Shown one piece after another: positions 26,589 to 33,926 of a DNA stretch of 64,000 nt; the first letter of the stretch is position 1, and each line of letters starts with the position of its first letter. Source of the stretch: an uncultured Candidatus Saccharibacteria bacterium (GTDB lineage Bacteria; Patescibacteriota; Minisyncoccia; Minisyncoccales; JANBVM01); NCBI GenBank assembly GCA_964435835.1, contig CAYSZX010000002.1, positions 8,282 through 72,281 on the forward strand, written 5' to 3'. Position numbers and translations under genes: made by a program. The notes under the pieces were generated by a model, which saw only the letters and a list, made by a program, of their open reading frames with translations, was not told the origin of the DNA and ran no database searches.

Positions 26589-27858
26589 TCTCTCTATTAT
26601 TTTTTCTATTTATTTTAATTCCTAAATTTGAAAGTCTAAGATCTAATCTTTCGTAACCGCGATCAATATGATAAATATTGTCAATAATAGTTTTTCCTTT
26701 TGCAGCAAGACCTGCTAATAACAGAGCTGCACCTGCTTGAATATTATGTGCTTTAACATAATTTCCTTTAAGGAAAGGGACTCCTCTTATTATTATTTTA
26801 TCTGACCTTCTTGTGATGTCTGCTCCAAGGCAATTTAATCCTTCAATGTGAGAGAAGCGGTTTTCAAAGATTTTCTCTGTAACAATGCTTGTGCCCTGTG
26901 CTAATGACAAAAGCGTTGTTATTTGAGGTTGAAAATCTGTAGGAAAACCAGGATAAGGTCCAGTAATAATATTGGCTGCTTGGAAAAAAGGGCTTGGTTT
27001 CACCAGCAATTTATTGTCGCTCAAATTTTCTATTTGGACTCCGATCTTTGCCAGTTTGTATCTTGTTATACTTTTATTATCCTGGAAAGGACTTTCCATT
27101 ATTAACTTTCCTCCTGTGATAGCGGTAGCGGCTATAAAAAATTCGGTTTCGATTCGCGATGGTATTGCCACATGTTTTGTAGCTGATAGTTTCTTGACAC
27201 CCTTAATTTTAATAAAGGGGCTACCCGCACCTTTGATTTTTGCTCCCATAGAATTCAAAAAGAGAGCAAGGTCAATAATTTCTGGTTCACACGCAGCATT
27301 AATTAATGTTGTAGTTCCTTTTGCTAAACACGCAGCCAGCATAATGTTTTCGGTTCCGGTGTGACTAGGAAAATCGAGATAATATTTAGTCCCAATTAGG
27401 GATTTGCTTTCAAGCTGTATTATTTCTTTTTCTTGTAGAATATTAGCTCCTAATTCTCTTAATCCATCCAGATGTATATTTATTCTTCGATTACCAATTT
27501 TGCAACCTCCCGGAAATGTTGTTTTTATCTTTCCGAAACGCGACAACACAGGACCAAGTAATAAAACAGATCCTCGCATTCTTTGAACTAAATCAGTCGA
27601 TGGGTTATGCTTTGTCATATTTTCACAATTTATTCTTAATTTTCGGTTTCTAGGATGGTATTTAACACTAGCACCTAATCTAGATAATATATCAGAAAAG
27701 ACTCTAATATCTTTTATGTCTGGTACATTGTAAATAATTGTTTCTCCTTCTTGTGCTAAGATCGCTCCAGCCATAAGAGGTAGAATTCCATTTTTTGCTC
27801 CCAATATCTTAACTTTTCCTCTAATTTTTTCTCTTCCTTGAATTACAAATCTATTCAT
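26572..27858 (-). CDS. MurA-family enolpyruvyl transferase (UDP-GlcNAc 1-carboxyvinyltransferase-like)
   Basis: GAKNG (Lys22 equivalent), RMRGS, PGGCKIGNRR (Cys115/Arg120 equivalents), and an EPSP/MurA two-domain length. The preferred start is ATG 27858, preceded by AGGTGA 5 nt upstream; the ORF-track start at 27867 is a GTG inside that SD. Confidence 0.8.
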   Translation of the reverse strand: MNRFVIQGREKIRGKVKILGAKNGILPLMAGAILAQEGETIIYNVPDIKDIRVFSDILSRLGASVKYHPRNRKLRINCENMTKHNPSTDLVQRMRGSVLLLGPVLSRFGKIKTTFPGGCKIGNRRINIHLDGLRELGANILQEKEIIQLESKSLIGTKYYLDFPSHTGTENIMLAACLAKGTTTLINAACEPEIIDLALFLNSMGAKIKGAGSPFIKIKGVKKLSATKHVAIPSRIETEFFIAATAITGGKLIMESPFQDNKSITRYKLAKIGVQIENLSDNKLLVKPSPFFQAANIITGPYPGFPTDFQPQITTLLSLAQGTSIVTEKIFENRFSHIEGLNCLGADITRRSDKIIIRGVPFLKGNYVKAHNIQAGAALLLAGLAAKGKTIIDNIYHIDRGYERLDLRLSNLGIKINRKNNRESEIND

Positions 27859-27892
27859 AATAATCACCTATTCTGTTTTTAATTTTAAAAGT

Positions 27893-27931
27893 TCTTAATT
27901 TGATTTAAACACGATTCAAATTAAGAGTCAA
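27893..27931 (-). promoter_or_regulatory. candidate promoter of the MurA-like/rSAM cassette with an overlapping 11-bp perfect inverted repeat
   Basis: On the minus strand: TTGACT (27931-27926), 17-nt spacer, TTAAAT (27908-27903). The inverted repeat TCTTAATTTGA (27893-27903) / TCAAATTAAGA (27916-27926) has a 12-nt spacer and straddles the -10 and start region. Confidence 0.35.
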
Positions 27932-27971
27932 TAAAAGATAGTAATGTACAAGAATATTTTAAATCTAAAAT

Positions 27972-28024
27972 AAAAAAGCCCTTGAAAAATACTTTGAAAA
28001 AAAATTGGAGTATTAATTTTCAAG
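27972..28024 (-). terminator. candidate terminator downstream of the NMNAT-like gene
   Basis: Interrupted 13-bp hairpin (CTTGAAAA+ATACT ... AGTAT+TAA bulge+TTTTCAAG). On the minus strand it is followed by GGC and T6. Confidence 0.35.
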
Positions 28025-28085
28025 AAAGTGATGTCGTTGCGATGCAGTTGCAATCTTTTTAATTCTAATTTTTTCTTTTCTACTT

Positions 28086-28144
28086 CTTTTTTATTTTTTC
28101 AATATTCATTTTCCTATTATTTCAAAAATCTTATTTCTTCTTTT
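28086..28144. repeat. 59-bp direct repeat, copy B (displaced copy supplying the last 13 codons and stop of the NMNAT-like ORF)
   Basis: 58/59 identical to 23098-23156. It contains a duplicated rlmN start (ATGAATATTGAAAAAATAAAAAAG) that is not followed by rlmN. Confidence 0.95.
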
Positions 28145-28624
28145 CTTTTTTCTGCTTTTCTTGTTTAGTCTTCTTATTTCAGAAGCAGAAGAGATTAATC
28201 GGTAAAATCCATCAGGAGCCTTATAGTAAAACTTTTTTCTTTTTACAATAACAACTCGAAAGCCTATTTTTTCTAAGTTTTTTATATAATCTTCTTCTAA
28301 TTTATCAGCTTTATAAAAAGTATTTATGGTATTTTCTGTAATTTTGCATTTATTTTTAAGATAAGAGGGCCAGGCTTCTTTATCTTCTATATCTTTTAAA
28401 TCAACTATTCTATATTTTTGGTACTTTAAAATCTTGAGTTGTTTATCAATTCTTTTGTGTCTTTCTTCGATAGAGAAAGGTTTTGAATTTTGAGCAGAAC
28501 CAATACAGATAACTACTTTGTCATTTTCTTTAAAAGCTTTATCTATTAATTTAAGATGTCCGGGATGTAATGGTTGAAATCTTCCTAGAACTAATCCGAG
28601 CCTTTTTTTATCTTTTTTTCTCAT
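28106..28624 (-). CDS. archaeal-type nicotinamide-nucleotide adenylyltransferase-like cytidylyltransferase, chimeric C-terminus
   Basis: GRFQPLHPGHLKLI (the (H/T)xGH motif), ICIGSAQ, and SASEIRR (ISSTxxR-like). The C-terminal ...KRRNKIFEIIGK is encoded by repeat copy B. Confidence 0.7.
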   Translation of the reverse strand: MRKKDKKRLGLVLGRFQPLHPGHLKLIDKAFKENDKVVICIGSAQNSKPFSIEERHKRIDKQLKILKYQKYRIVDLKDIEDKEAWPSYLKNKCKITENTINTFYKADKLEEDYIKNLEKIGFRVVIVKRKKFYYKAPDGFYRLISSASEIRRLNKKSRKKKRRNKIFEIIGK

Positions 28625-28652
28625 TCTTTTTTAATCCAAACTTGATAACTTT

Positions 28653-29015
28653 TTACTGTTTTTTTTGTAATCTTTGTAGTTGAGACTGAGCAGCAATGTT
28701 TTGAATTTTAGCCCTTTCTCTTCTTGTTCTCTTTTTTCTTTCATAGAACATTTTATGTTTCTTTCTTTCCTCCTTTTTTTGAAAAGAAAAGAGAAAAAAA
28801 CCAAATGACAAAAGACTTAACATAAAAAAAGTATATTCAGGAACATTTAAAATAATAGAAGTAATTTTATGAACTAGAAAAAAGATAATTGACATTCCGA
28901 ATAAATTTAAAGGAGTTCCCAGTTCTTTGAAAAGGGCTACTTTTCTTCTTAAAAAAGAATTCAGTAAAAAGCTAGATATTAACCAAATTAAAAAAACAAG
29001 AAACGTATCAATCAT
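28653..29015 (-). CDS. small membrane protein with a basic C-terminal tail, hypothetical
   Basis: 120 aa with three TM segments followed by a K/R-rich tail. Confidence 0.4.
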   Translation of the reverse strand: MIDTFLVFLIWLISSFLLNSFLRRKVALFKELGTPLNLFGMSIIFFLVHKITSIILNVPEYTFFMLSLLSFGFFLFSFQKKEERKKHKMFYERKKRTRRERAKIQNIAAQSQLQRLQKKQ

Positions 29016-29017
29016 TT

Positions 29018-29227
29018 TTATTCTTTTAAATCTTTTTTCACTTCTTTAAATTCGTTTTGGACTTTTTTAAGTCTCTTTTTTAGTTTTTTAATTAAACCTG
29101 CCCCCTCTTTAACTTTTTTTAAACCTTTTTCAATATCAATATCCTTTTGTTTTTCAAACCAATCGACAATTTCTTCTAATTCTTTTAAAGATTTTGATAC
29201 ATTTACTTTTTCTTCTTTTTTATTCAT
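29018..29227 (-). CDS. xseB: exodeoxyribonuclease VII small subunit
   Basis: 69 aa with an LKELEEIVDWFE...IEKGLKKVKEG pattern. It lies directly after xseA with an 8-nt overlap. Confidence 0.8.
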   Translation of the reverse strand: MNKKEEKVNVSKSLKELEEIVDWFEKQKDIDIEKGLKKVKEGAGLIKKLKKRLKKVQNEFKEVKKDLKE

Positions 29228-30488
29228 TGTTTTTATTTATTTTATTAATTTTTGATAAAATACTTCCTTTATGAAGTTTAGTTTTTATTGTTTCTCCTTT
29301 TTTAACGTCCCCGATTTCTTTAATAATTTTACCGTCTTCATCGAAAACTATACTATATCCTAATTTAAGATTTCTTCTGGGATCTAAAGCTTTTAAATAT
29401 CTTTCTTGATTAACAATAATCTTTTTTATTTTTTCAATGTCATTTTCCAAAGACAAAATCAATTTCTTTTCAATTGTTTTTATTTTCTCTCCAACAAGCT
29501 CTTTTTGCCTTCGAAGAATATCAAAAATATTGTAAATATCTTTAGTTAATGATTCAAACTTATTGAAGGTTTGACTAAAACCAAATGAAATTCTTTGTCC
29601 TAATTCACTTAATCTGATGAATCTTGAATCCAAAATACTTTTAAAGCTATTAAATATTCTTTCTTGCCAGTAAGGGATGTTTTCTTCTAAAGAGTCCCAT
29701 GATTGATTTAAATAACTGGCCGCCGCAGTAGGAGTAGAAACAGAAACATCAGCTACTAAAGAAGCTAAAGGAATATCTACTTCATGTCCAATACCACACA
29801 AAGTAGGAATTTCAGAACCATAAATAGTTCTAACTAAAACTTCATTATTAAAGCCTTGTAAAGATTCTAAACTTCCTCCTCCTCTCATTATAACTAAAAC
29901 ATCTAAATTAGGCATATTTTTATTAAACCACTTCACTGCTTTAGTTAAAGATTTGGCTGACTTCTTTCCTTCAACTAAGGCATCTTTAAAATAAATCTTG
30001 TAATTAACATCTCTCAGATTTTTTCTAAAATCATGAATTACCGCTCCATCTTTTGATGTGATTACTCCTATATTTTCAACGAAACTTGGTATTTCTCTTT
30101 TTCTTTCAAATAAGCCTTCAGTTTTTAATTTCTTTTTTAATAATTCATAAGCCTTTTTAAAAGCTCCTTCTCCAGATAATTGAATATCACGAACATTTAA
30201 GTTAAAAGAGCCTCTATTAGCCCTTAATTGAGGTTCTCCGATGACTTTAACCTTCATACCGTCTTCTAACTCTAAACCAAGGGATTGCAGCCTAGAATAA
30301 TAAATACTGCAATGTAAAATAGCTTCTTCATCTTTAATGTCGAAAAAGACAACTCTATCTTTCCAATTTTTAAAGCCAATTATTTCTCCCTCAACCCAAA
30401 CCGGTTCAAGTCTAGAAATTAAAGCATTAATTAGTTTAACAAAATCACCGACACTAAGAACTCTTTTATCTTCTTCTTTGTAAGGCAT
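29220..30488 (-). CDS. xseA: exodeoxyribonuclease VII large subunit
   Basis: N-terminal OB fold (VWVEGEI...K.....FDIKDE), the catalytic region IGVITS..GA...D, RGGGS.E.L..FN, and GHE.D. Confidence 0.9.
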   Translation of the reverse strand: MPYKEEDKRVLSVGDFVKLINALISRLEPVWVEGEIIGFKNWKDRVVFFDIKDEEAILHCSIYYSRLQSLGLELEDGMKVKVIGEPQLRANRGSFNLNVRDIQLSGEGAFKKAYELLKKKLKTEGLFERKREIPSFVENIGVITSKDGAVIHDFRKNLRDVNYKIYFKDALVEGKKSAKSLTKAVKWFNKNMPNLDVLVIMRGGGSLESLQGFNNEVLVRTIYGSEIPTLCGIGHEVDIPLASLVADVSVSTPTAAASYLNQSWDSLEENIPYWQERIFNSFKSILDSRFIRLSELGQRISFGFSQTFNKFESLTKDIYNIFDILRRQKELVGEKIKTIEKKLILSLENDIEKIKKIIVNQERYLKALDPRRNLKLGYSIVFDEDGKIIKEIGDVKKGETIKTKLHKGSILSKINKINKNNE

Positions 30489-30507
30489 CAGTTAAAAGTG
30501 TTATTTT

Positions 30508-31263
30508 TTAATCCCATTCTTCTACTTTAGAAGTTTCTTTTCTATACATACAATAATCACAATCGTCTCCCATTTCTGGAATTTCATTTTGCATTAAGCA
30601 TTTTTTCATATCTTTTAATGTCCCTTCAATCCAGCTATCATCTCCTTCATAAGGAATAACTTTAACTTTAAATTCAATTTTTTTATTGAAAGCTTTATCT
30701 TTTTTGCCATTACAATACACAAAGTAAGTTGTATCAGAAACCTTAAATCCATTCTTTCTTAATAACCATTGATAAATTTCTACCTGTCTTTTGTAAGCTA
30801 TCTGCCAATCAGCATCTAAAGTAACCTCTTTCTTTTTTGATGTCGCCTTGTAATCCGTAACAATTAATTCTTTATCAGGATTGATCCAAACATCATCAAT
30901 AGCTCCAGTTATCAAGAAATTAGTAGGTTCATGTAAATGTCTTACCCCTTTCCAGTTATTTCTCCATTCATCTATTTTTTTATGTTGGAAAGGAATAGCA
31001 TCAATTCCGTATTCTTCCATTAAAGGATGGGCTGATCCGTTTGCTCTGTGAATATCAAATTCATTTTTCAAAAGATTATCTACAGCGCTATTTAGAGTAA
31101 AAGGATAGCCTGGTGGACGCCCTATTCCTAATCTACGATCAAGATAAAAACATTTTGGACAATTTAAAAACAAATCAATTTTTGATCTACTTAATTTAAA
31201 AGGTTTTTTAGATTTAGGTCTAAATAAACCGCTAGTTCTTTTTGAGTTGTAATATTTTGACAT
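30508..31263 (-). CDS. PD-(D/E)XK nuclease, Cas4/RecB-exonuclease-like with Cys cluster
   Basis: N-terminal CPKCFY, ITGAIDDVW...LIVTDYKAT (D...D-x-K), QVEIYQWLL (QxxxY), and C-terminal C...CDYC. Confidence 0.6.
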   Translation of the reverse strand: MSKYYNSKRTSGLFRPKSKKPFKLSRSKIDLFLNCPKCFYLDRRLGIGRPPGYPFTLNSAVDNLLKNEFDIHRANGSAHPLMEEYGIDAIPFQHKKIDEWRNNWKGVRHLHEPTNFLITGAIDDVWINPDKELIVTDYKATSKKKEVTLDADWQIAYKRQVEIYQWLLRKNGFKVSDTTYFVYCNGKKDKAFNKKIEFKVKVIPYEGDDSWIEGTLKDMKKCLMQNEIPEMGDDCDYCMYRKETSKVEEWD

Positions 31264-31266
31264 AAT

Positions 31267-31392
31267 TTAAAGATGATCTTTTGCTAACATAATTATAAAA
31301 AATGAAAGACGGCCAACTATAACTAGTAAAAAATAAAGCACTATCATTCCAAACACAAACGTTTCTAATAGATTTACTAATGAAAAAGTCAT
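31267..31392 (-). CDS. possible 41-aa membrane peptide
   Basis: ATG 31392 to TAA 31267 (MTFSLVNLLETFVFGMIVLYFLLVIVGRLSFFIIMLAKDHL). It fills the gap between two genes. No other support. Confidence 0.25.
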   Translation of the reverse strand: MTFSLVNLLETFVFGMIVLYFLLVIVGRLSFFIIMLAKDHL

Positions 31393-31393
31393 T

Positions 31394-31717
31394 TTATAAT
31401 AATTTTCCTTGATATAATTCTTTGTTAATTTTTAAAGCTTCTTCTTTTCCCTTTACAGTTAAAGAAAAGTAAGAATCTGGACTACCTGAAACTAAACCTT
31501 TATTTCTTAAGTTCCTTAAAGGACGATCTATTTTCCGAGCATCTGGCCATTTATGGCTTTCAAAAGCAATTAATTCAGGCGATAGCTGAAAACATTTTTC
31601 TAACAAAGCTTCAAAATCAGCTTTTTTACTCTCCTTAGATAGTAAAAATAATCCTAAAAGTACTAATTCGTTAATTGATATATTTTTATCAATTTTTCCT
31701 TTAAAAACACCTTTCAT
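31394..31717 (-). CDS. hypothetical protein (107 aa; winged-helix-like?)
   Basis: The start is set at ATG 31717, because the ORF-track N-terminus (to 31804) runs through tRNA-Val. Confidence 0.45.
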   Translation of the reverse strand: MKGVFKGKIDKNISINELVLLGLFLLSKESKKADFEALLEKCFQLSPELIAFESHKWPDARKIDRPLRNLRNKGLVSGSPDSYFSLTVKGKEEALKINKELYQGKLL

Positions 31718-31757
31718 ATTGTTTATTTTATCCTTTTTATCTTTTACTTTCAAATAG

Positions 31758-31829
31758 TGGGCATGACTGGATTTGAACCAATGACCTTTGCAATGTGAAT
31801 GCAATGCTCTACCCCTGAGCTACATACCC
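31758..31829 (-). tRNA. tRNA-Val (anticodon CAC)
   Basis: Manual cloverleaf of 72 nt: acceptor GGGUAUG/CAUGCCC, D-loop AGGGGUA, anticodon loop UUCACAU, T-arm AUUGG-UUCAAAU-CCAGU, discriminator A. Confidence 0.85.
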
Positions 31830-31871
31830 CTTTTTTATTATAAATATATTTTTCAGCTTTTAAAACGCTAT

Positions 31872-31900
31872 TTGTTATTTTAAAAGAAAAATCTTAAAAT
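31872..31900 (+). promoter_or_regulatory. candidate promoter; -10 ends 6 nt before ATG 31907
   Basis: TTGTTA, 17-nt spacer, TAAAAT (31895-31900). Confidence 0.35.
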
Positions 31901-31906
31901 AAAGCA

Positions 31907-33865
31907 ATGAAGATTTTTGAATTTATCTTTAACCCCAAACAAAAAGAAGATTTAATCTTCGATAGTTTTTGTTATAAGCCGGAAAATATTTATGAGAAAA
32001 ACAAAGGGCATCTTTGCATGGTTGGCCTTCTTAGAAATGCTTTACCTACTAATCTTTATCTTATTAAAAAAATAGCTAGAACAATTAAAGATCAATATTT
32101 TAGATCTACTGACTCAAACCTTCAAACTGCTTTTAAAAGAGGCTTAAAAGAAGTAAACAATTTTCTTTCTAAAAAAGCAGACAGAGGAGATACAAGTTGG
32201 CTTGGAGATTTAAGTTTTTTAGCTCTTTCTTTAAAAAAATATAGTTTAATTTTTTCAAAAACAGGCGATATTAAAGTTTTAGTTGTTAGAGACAACAATG
32301 TTGTTGATATTGATAAAAAGACACAATATAATGAAACCTCTCCTTATCCTATCAAACCTTTTGCTAGAGCTATTTCAAGTAAATTAGCTAAAAAAGATTT
32401 AATTTTAATTTTTACTAGGCAGGTTTATGATTTTTTTAAAAAAGAAGGATTGTTAGAAAAAATTATAGAACCTTCCTATTTTAATGAAAAGAAAATAAAA
32501 AAGATTTTAAATAAAAGAAAAAAGAAAGTAGCTAAAGTTAAAGGTGTTTTTCTTGGTATTTCTTTAAAAGAATTAAAAGAAGGAAGTTCGCAAAAGACAA
32601 CATTAAAGAAGTTAAAAAGTGTTCCTTTTAAAGAGATATTTACCTCTTTTCTTGACTCTTTAAAAAAGTTTGAGTTTCCAAAAATAAACTTTCATTTTCC
32701 AAAGAAAAAGAAAAGAAATTTAAAGCTCAAAGCTTTTGATAGGGATTTATCATTTTTTTCAAGGAAAATAAAACCTCTTTTTTCTAAGAAAAAGATTTTA
32801 ATAATAGCTCCAATAATTATTTTGGCTCTCGGGACTGCCTTTTTCTTTTTTCAAAAAGATAAAAGAATTAAAGACTATCAAACCGAATTAATAGAAATAG
32901 AAAGAAAGATTTCAGAAGCTAATGAACTTTACAATTCAAAGGAACTAAAAAAAGCTAACGAATTGTTTCAAGAATCTTGGGTTCAACTTACCGATTTAAA
33001 AACTAAATCTGAGGGTTTTTCGGAAGAACTAACTAATTCTATAACTACTTCAAAAGAAAAGATTGAACCAGAATTATTTGATTTAAATAATGTTAAAGAA
33101 ATTAAAGAACCTAATTTGTTTTTTAACTTTGCAGAAATGGATTTTTCTCCCGAAAGAATTTTATCTTTTAATGATAGGCTTTATTTCTTTAATTCAAAGA
33201 TCAAAAAAGTTTTCTATTTAAATAAAGACAAAGAACCTAAAAACATAAATGTAAATTATAATCTAAATGAGTCAACTTTAATTGATAACTCTATAGTTTT
33301 CTTCTCAAAGCCTGATAAGTTAACGATTTTAAAAGGTTATTTTCCTGGCTACTATTCTTTAAGTTCTTATCCTTCCGATTTCAATTTTGATTTTTTATCT
33401 TCTTTTAGAAATAATATTTACTTTTTAAACAAAATAACTGGAAGAATTATTAAATATCCCTATTTAGGCAATAATCAATGGGGTTCTTTCCAAGAATGGT
33501 TGTCTTCTGATTCTTACTATCAAAATAATATTAATGCCGAATCTTTTGCTATTGATAGATCTATTTGGGTTTTAAATAATAACACAATTTATGAATATTA
33601 TACTGGTGAATTAAAAAACGAAATTAATTTAGACCTCTTCCCTACTATTAAATCTTTTTCTAAGATTTATACTTCTCCAGAATTGTCGAATATTTATATT
33701 TTAGAACCTAAGCAAAAAAGGATTATTATAATTGATAAAGCAGGAGAAGTTATTAGACAGATTCGAAGTGATAAATTTAATAATCTTTTAGATTTAAGTG
33801 TTTTAAGTAATGAAGAAGTCCTCTACTTATTAAACAAACCAAAGATTTATAGTATTGACTTATAA
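31907..33865 (+). CDS. large membrane-anchored hypothetical protein (degenerate PP2C/SpoIIE-like N-domain, TM, coiled coil, repeat-rich C-domain)
   Basis: 652 aa. The N-terminal ~200 aa have a PP2C-like strand pattern (LSFLALSL...SKTGDIKVLVVRD) without metal-binding Asp residues. The TM segment is ILIIAPIIILALGTAFFFF. The C-terminal ~250 aa are beta-rich and Y/F/N-rich. Confidence 0.45.
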   Translation: MKIFEFIFNPKQKEDLIFDSFCYKPENIYEKNKGHLCMVGLLRNALPTNLYLIKKIARTIKDQYFRSTDSNLQTAFKRGLKEVNNFLSKKADRGDTSWLGDLSFLALSLKKYSLIFSKTGDIKVLVVRDNNVVDIDKKTQYNETSPYPIKPFARAISSKLAKKDLILIFTRQVYDFFKKEGLLEKIIEPSYFNEKKIKKILNKRKKKVAKVKGVFLGISLKELKEGSSQKTTLKKLKSVPFKEIFTSFLDSLKKFEFPKINFHFPKKKKRNLKLKAFDRDLSFFSRKIKPLFSKKKILIIAPIIILALGTAFFFFQKDKRIKDYQTELIEIERKISEANELYNSKELKKANELFQESWVQLTDLKTKSEGFSEELTNSITTSKEKIEPELFDLNNVKEIKEPNLFFNFAEMDFSPERILSFNDRLYFFNSKIKKVFYLNKDKEPKNINVNYNLNESTLIDNSIVFFSKPDKLTILKGYFPGYYSLSSYPSDFNFDFLSSFRNNIYFLNKITGRIIKYPYLGNNQWGSFQEWLSSDSYYQNNINAESFAIDRSIWVLNNNTIYEYYTGELKNEINLDLFPTIKSFSKIYTSPELSNIYILEPKQKRIIIIDKAGEVIRQIRSDKFNNLLDLSVLSNEEVLYLLNKPKIYSIDL

Positions 33866-33874
33866 TTTAAGATT

Positions 33875-33905
33875 AAAAAAGAGCCTCGAATATGAGGCTC
33901 TTTTT
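33875..33905. terminator. bidirectional terminator between convergent genes
   Basis: A6-GAGCCUC-GAAUAU-GAGGCUC-U5. Confidence 0.7.
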
Positions 33906-33926
33906 AATTTCTAGATAAGAGAAAAT

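Noticed and set aside
26972-27364. A 130-aa plus-strand ORF inside the MurA-like gene. Similar antisense ORFs are listed in the track: 1312..1524, 2525..2752, 7927..8136, 8356..8577, 9629..9835, 12070..12393, 13168..13446, 13477..13809, 16146..16340, 18278..18466, 19087..19284, 20146..20337, 21961..22176, 22859..23044, 26083..26349, 26923..27105, 27404..27586, 37956..38138, 39261..39455, 40246..40434, 40855..41046, 41883..42251, 48751..48969, 50643..50921, 54434..54736, 55072..55254, 55926..56141, 59441..59641, 63688..63939.
   Set aside because: Each lies opposite a well-supported gene with clear family motifs. Their translations are low-complexity (F/L/S/I-rich) with no recognisable domains. 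They are shadow ORFs typical of AT-rich DNA.
24921-27867. Higher GC content of the MurA-like and radical SAM genes as proof of horizontal transfer.
   Set aside because: Hand counts of single 60-nt lines gave about 27-47% GC here, versus about 20-23% in the rlmN and xseA lines. However, lines in dnaB and the thyX-like gene reach 42-45% as well. Composition alone is therefore not decisive without a proper genome-wide calculation.
28020-28108. A duplicated rlmN start (MNIEKIKK...) in repeat copy B continuing as an open frame on the minus strand.
   Set aside because: Similarity to rlmN ends after 8 codons, and the continuation is short with no radical SAM motif. It is a by-product of the 59-bp duplication, not a second rlmN.
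31718-31804. ORF-track N-terminal extensions that read through tRNA genes: 31394..31804 through tRNA-Val and 36765..37130 through tRNA-Trp.
   Set aside because: The extensions translate tRNA sequence (for example MHSHCKGHWFKSSHAH...). Internal ATGs just downstream of the tRNAs give sensible proteins, so the starts were trimmed to 31717 and 37076.
31829-31830. An extra G immediately 5' of the tRNA at 31758-31829 suggested a G-1 and thus tRNA-His.
   Set aside because: The anticodon loop is UUCACAU, so the anticodon is CAC (Val), and the discriminator is A as in tRNA-Val. The upstream G is just flanking sequence.
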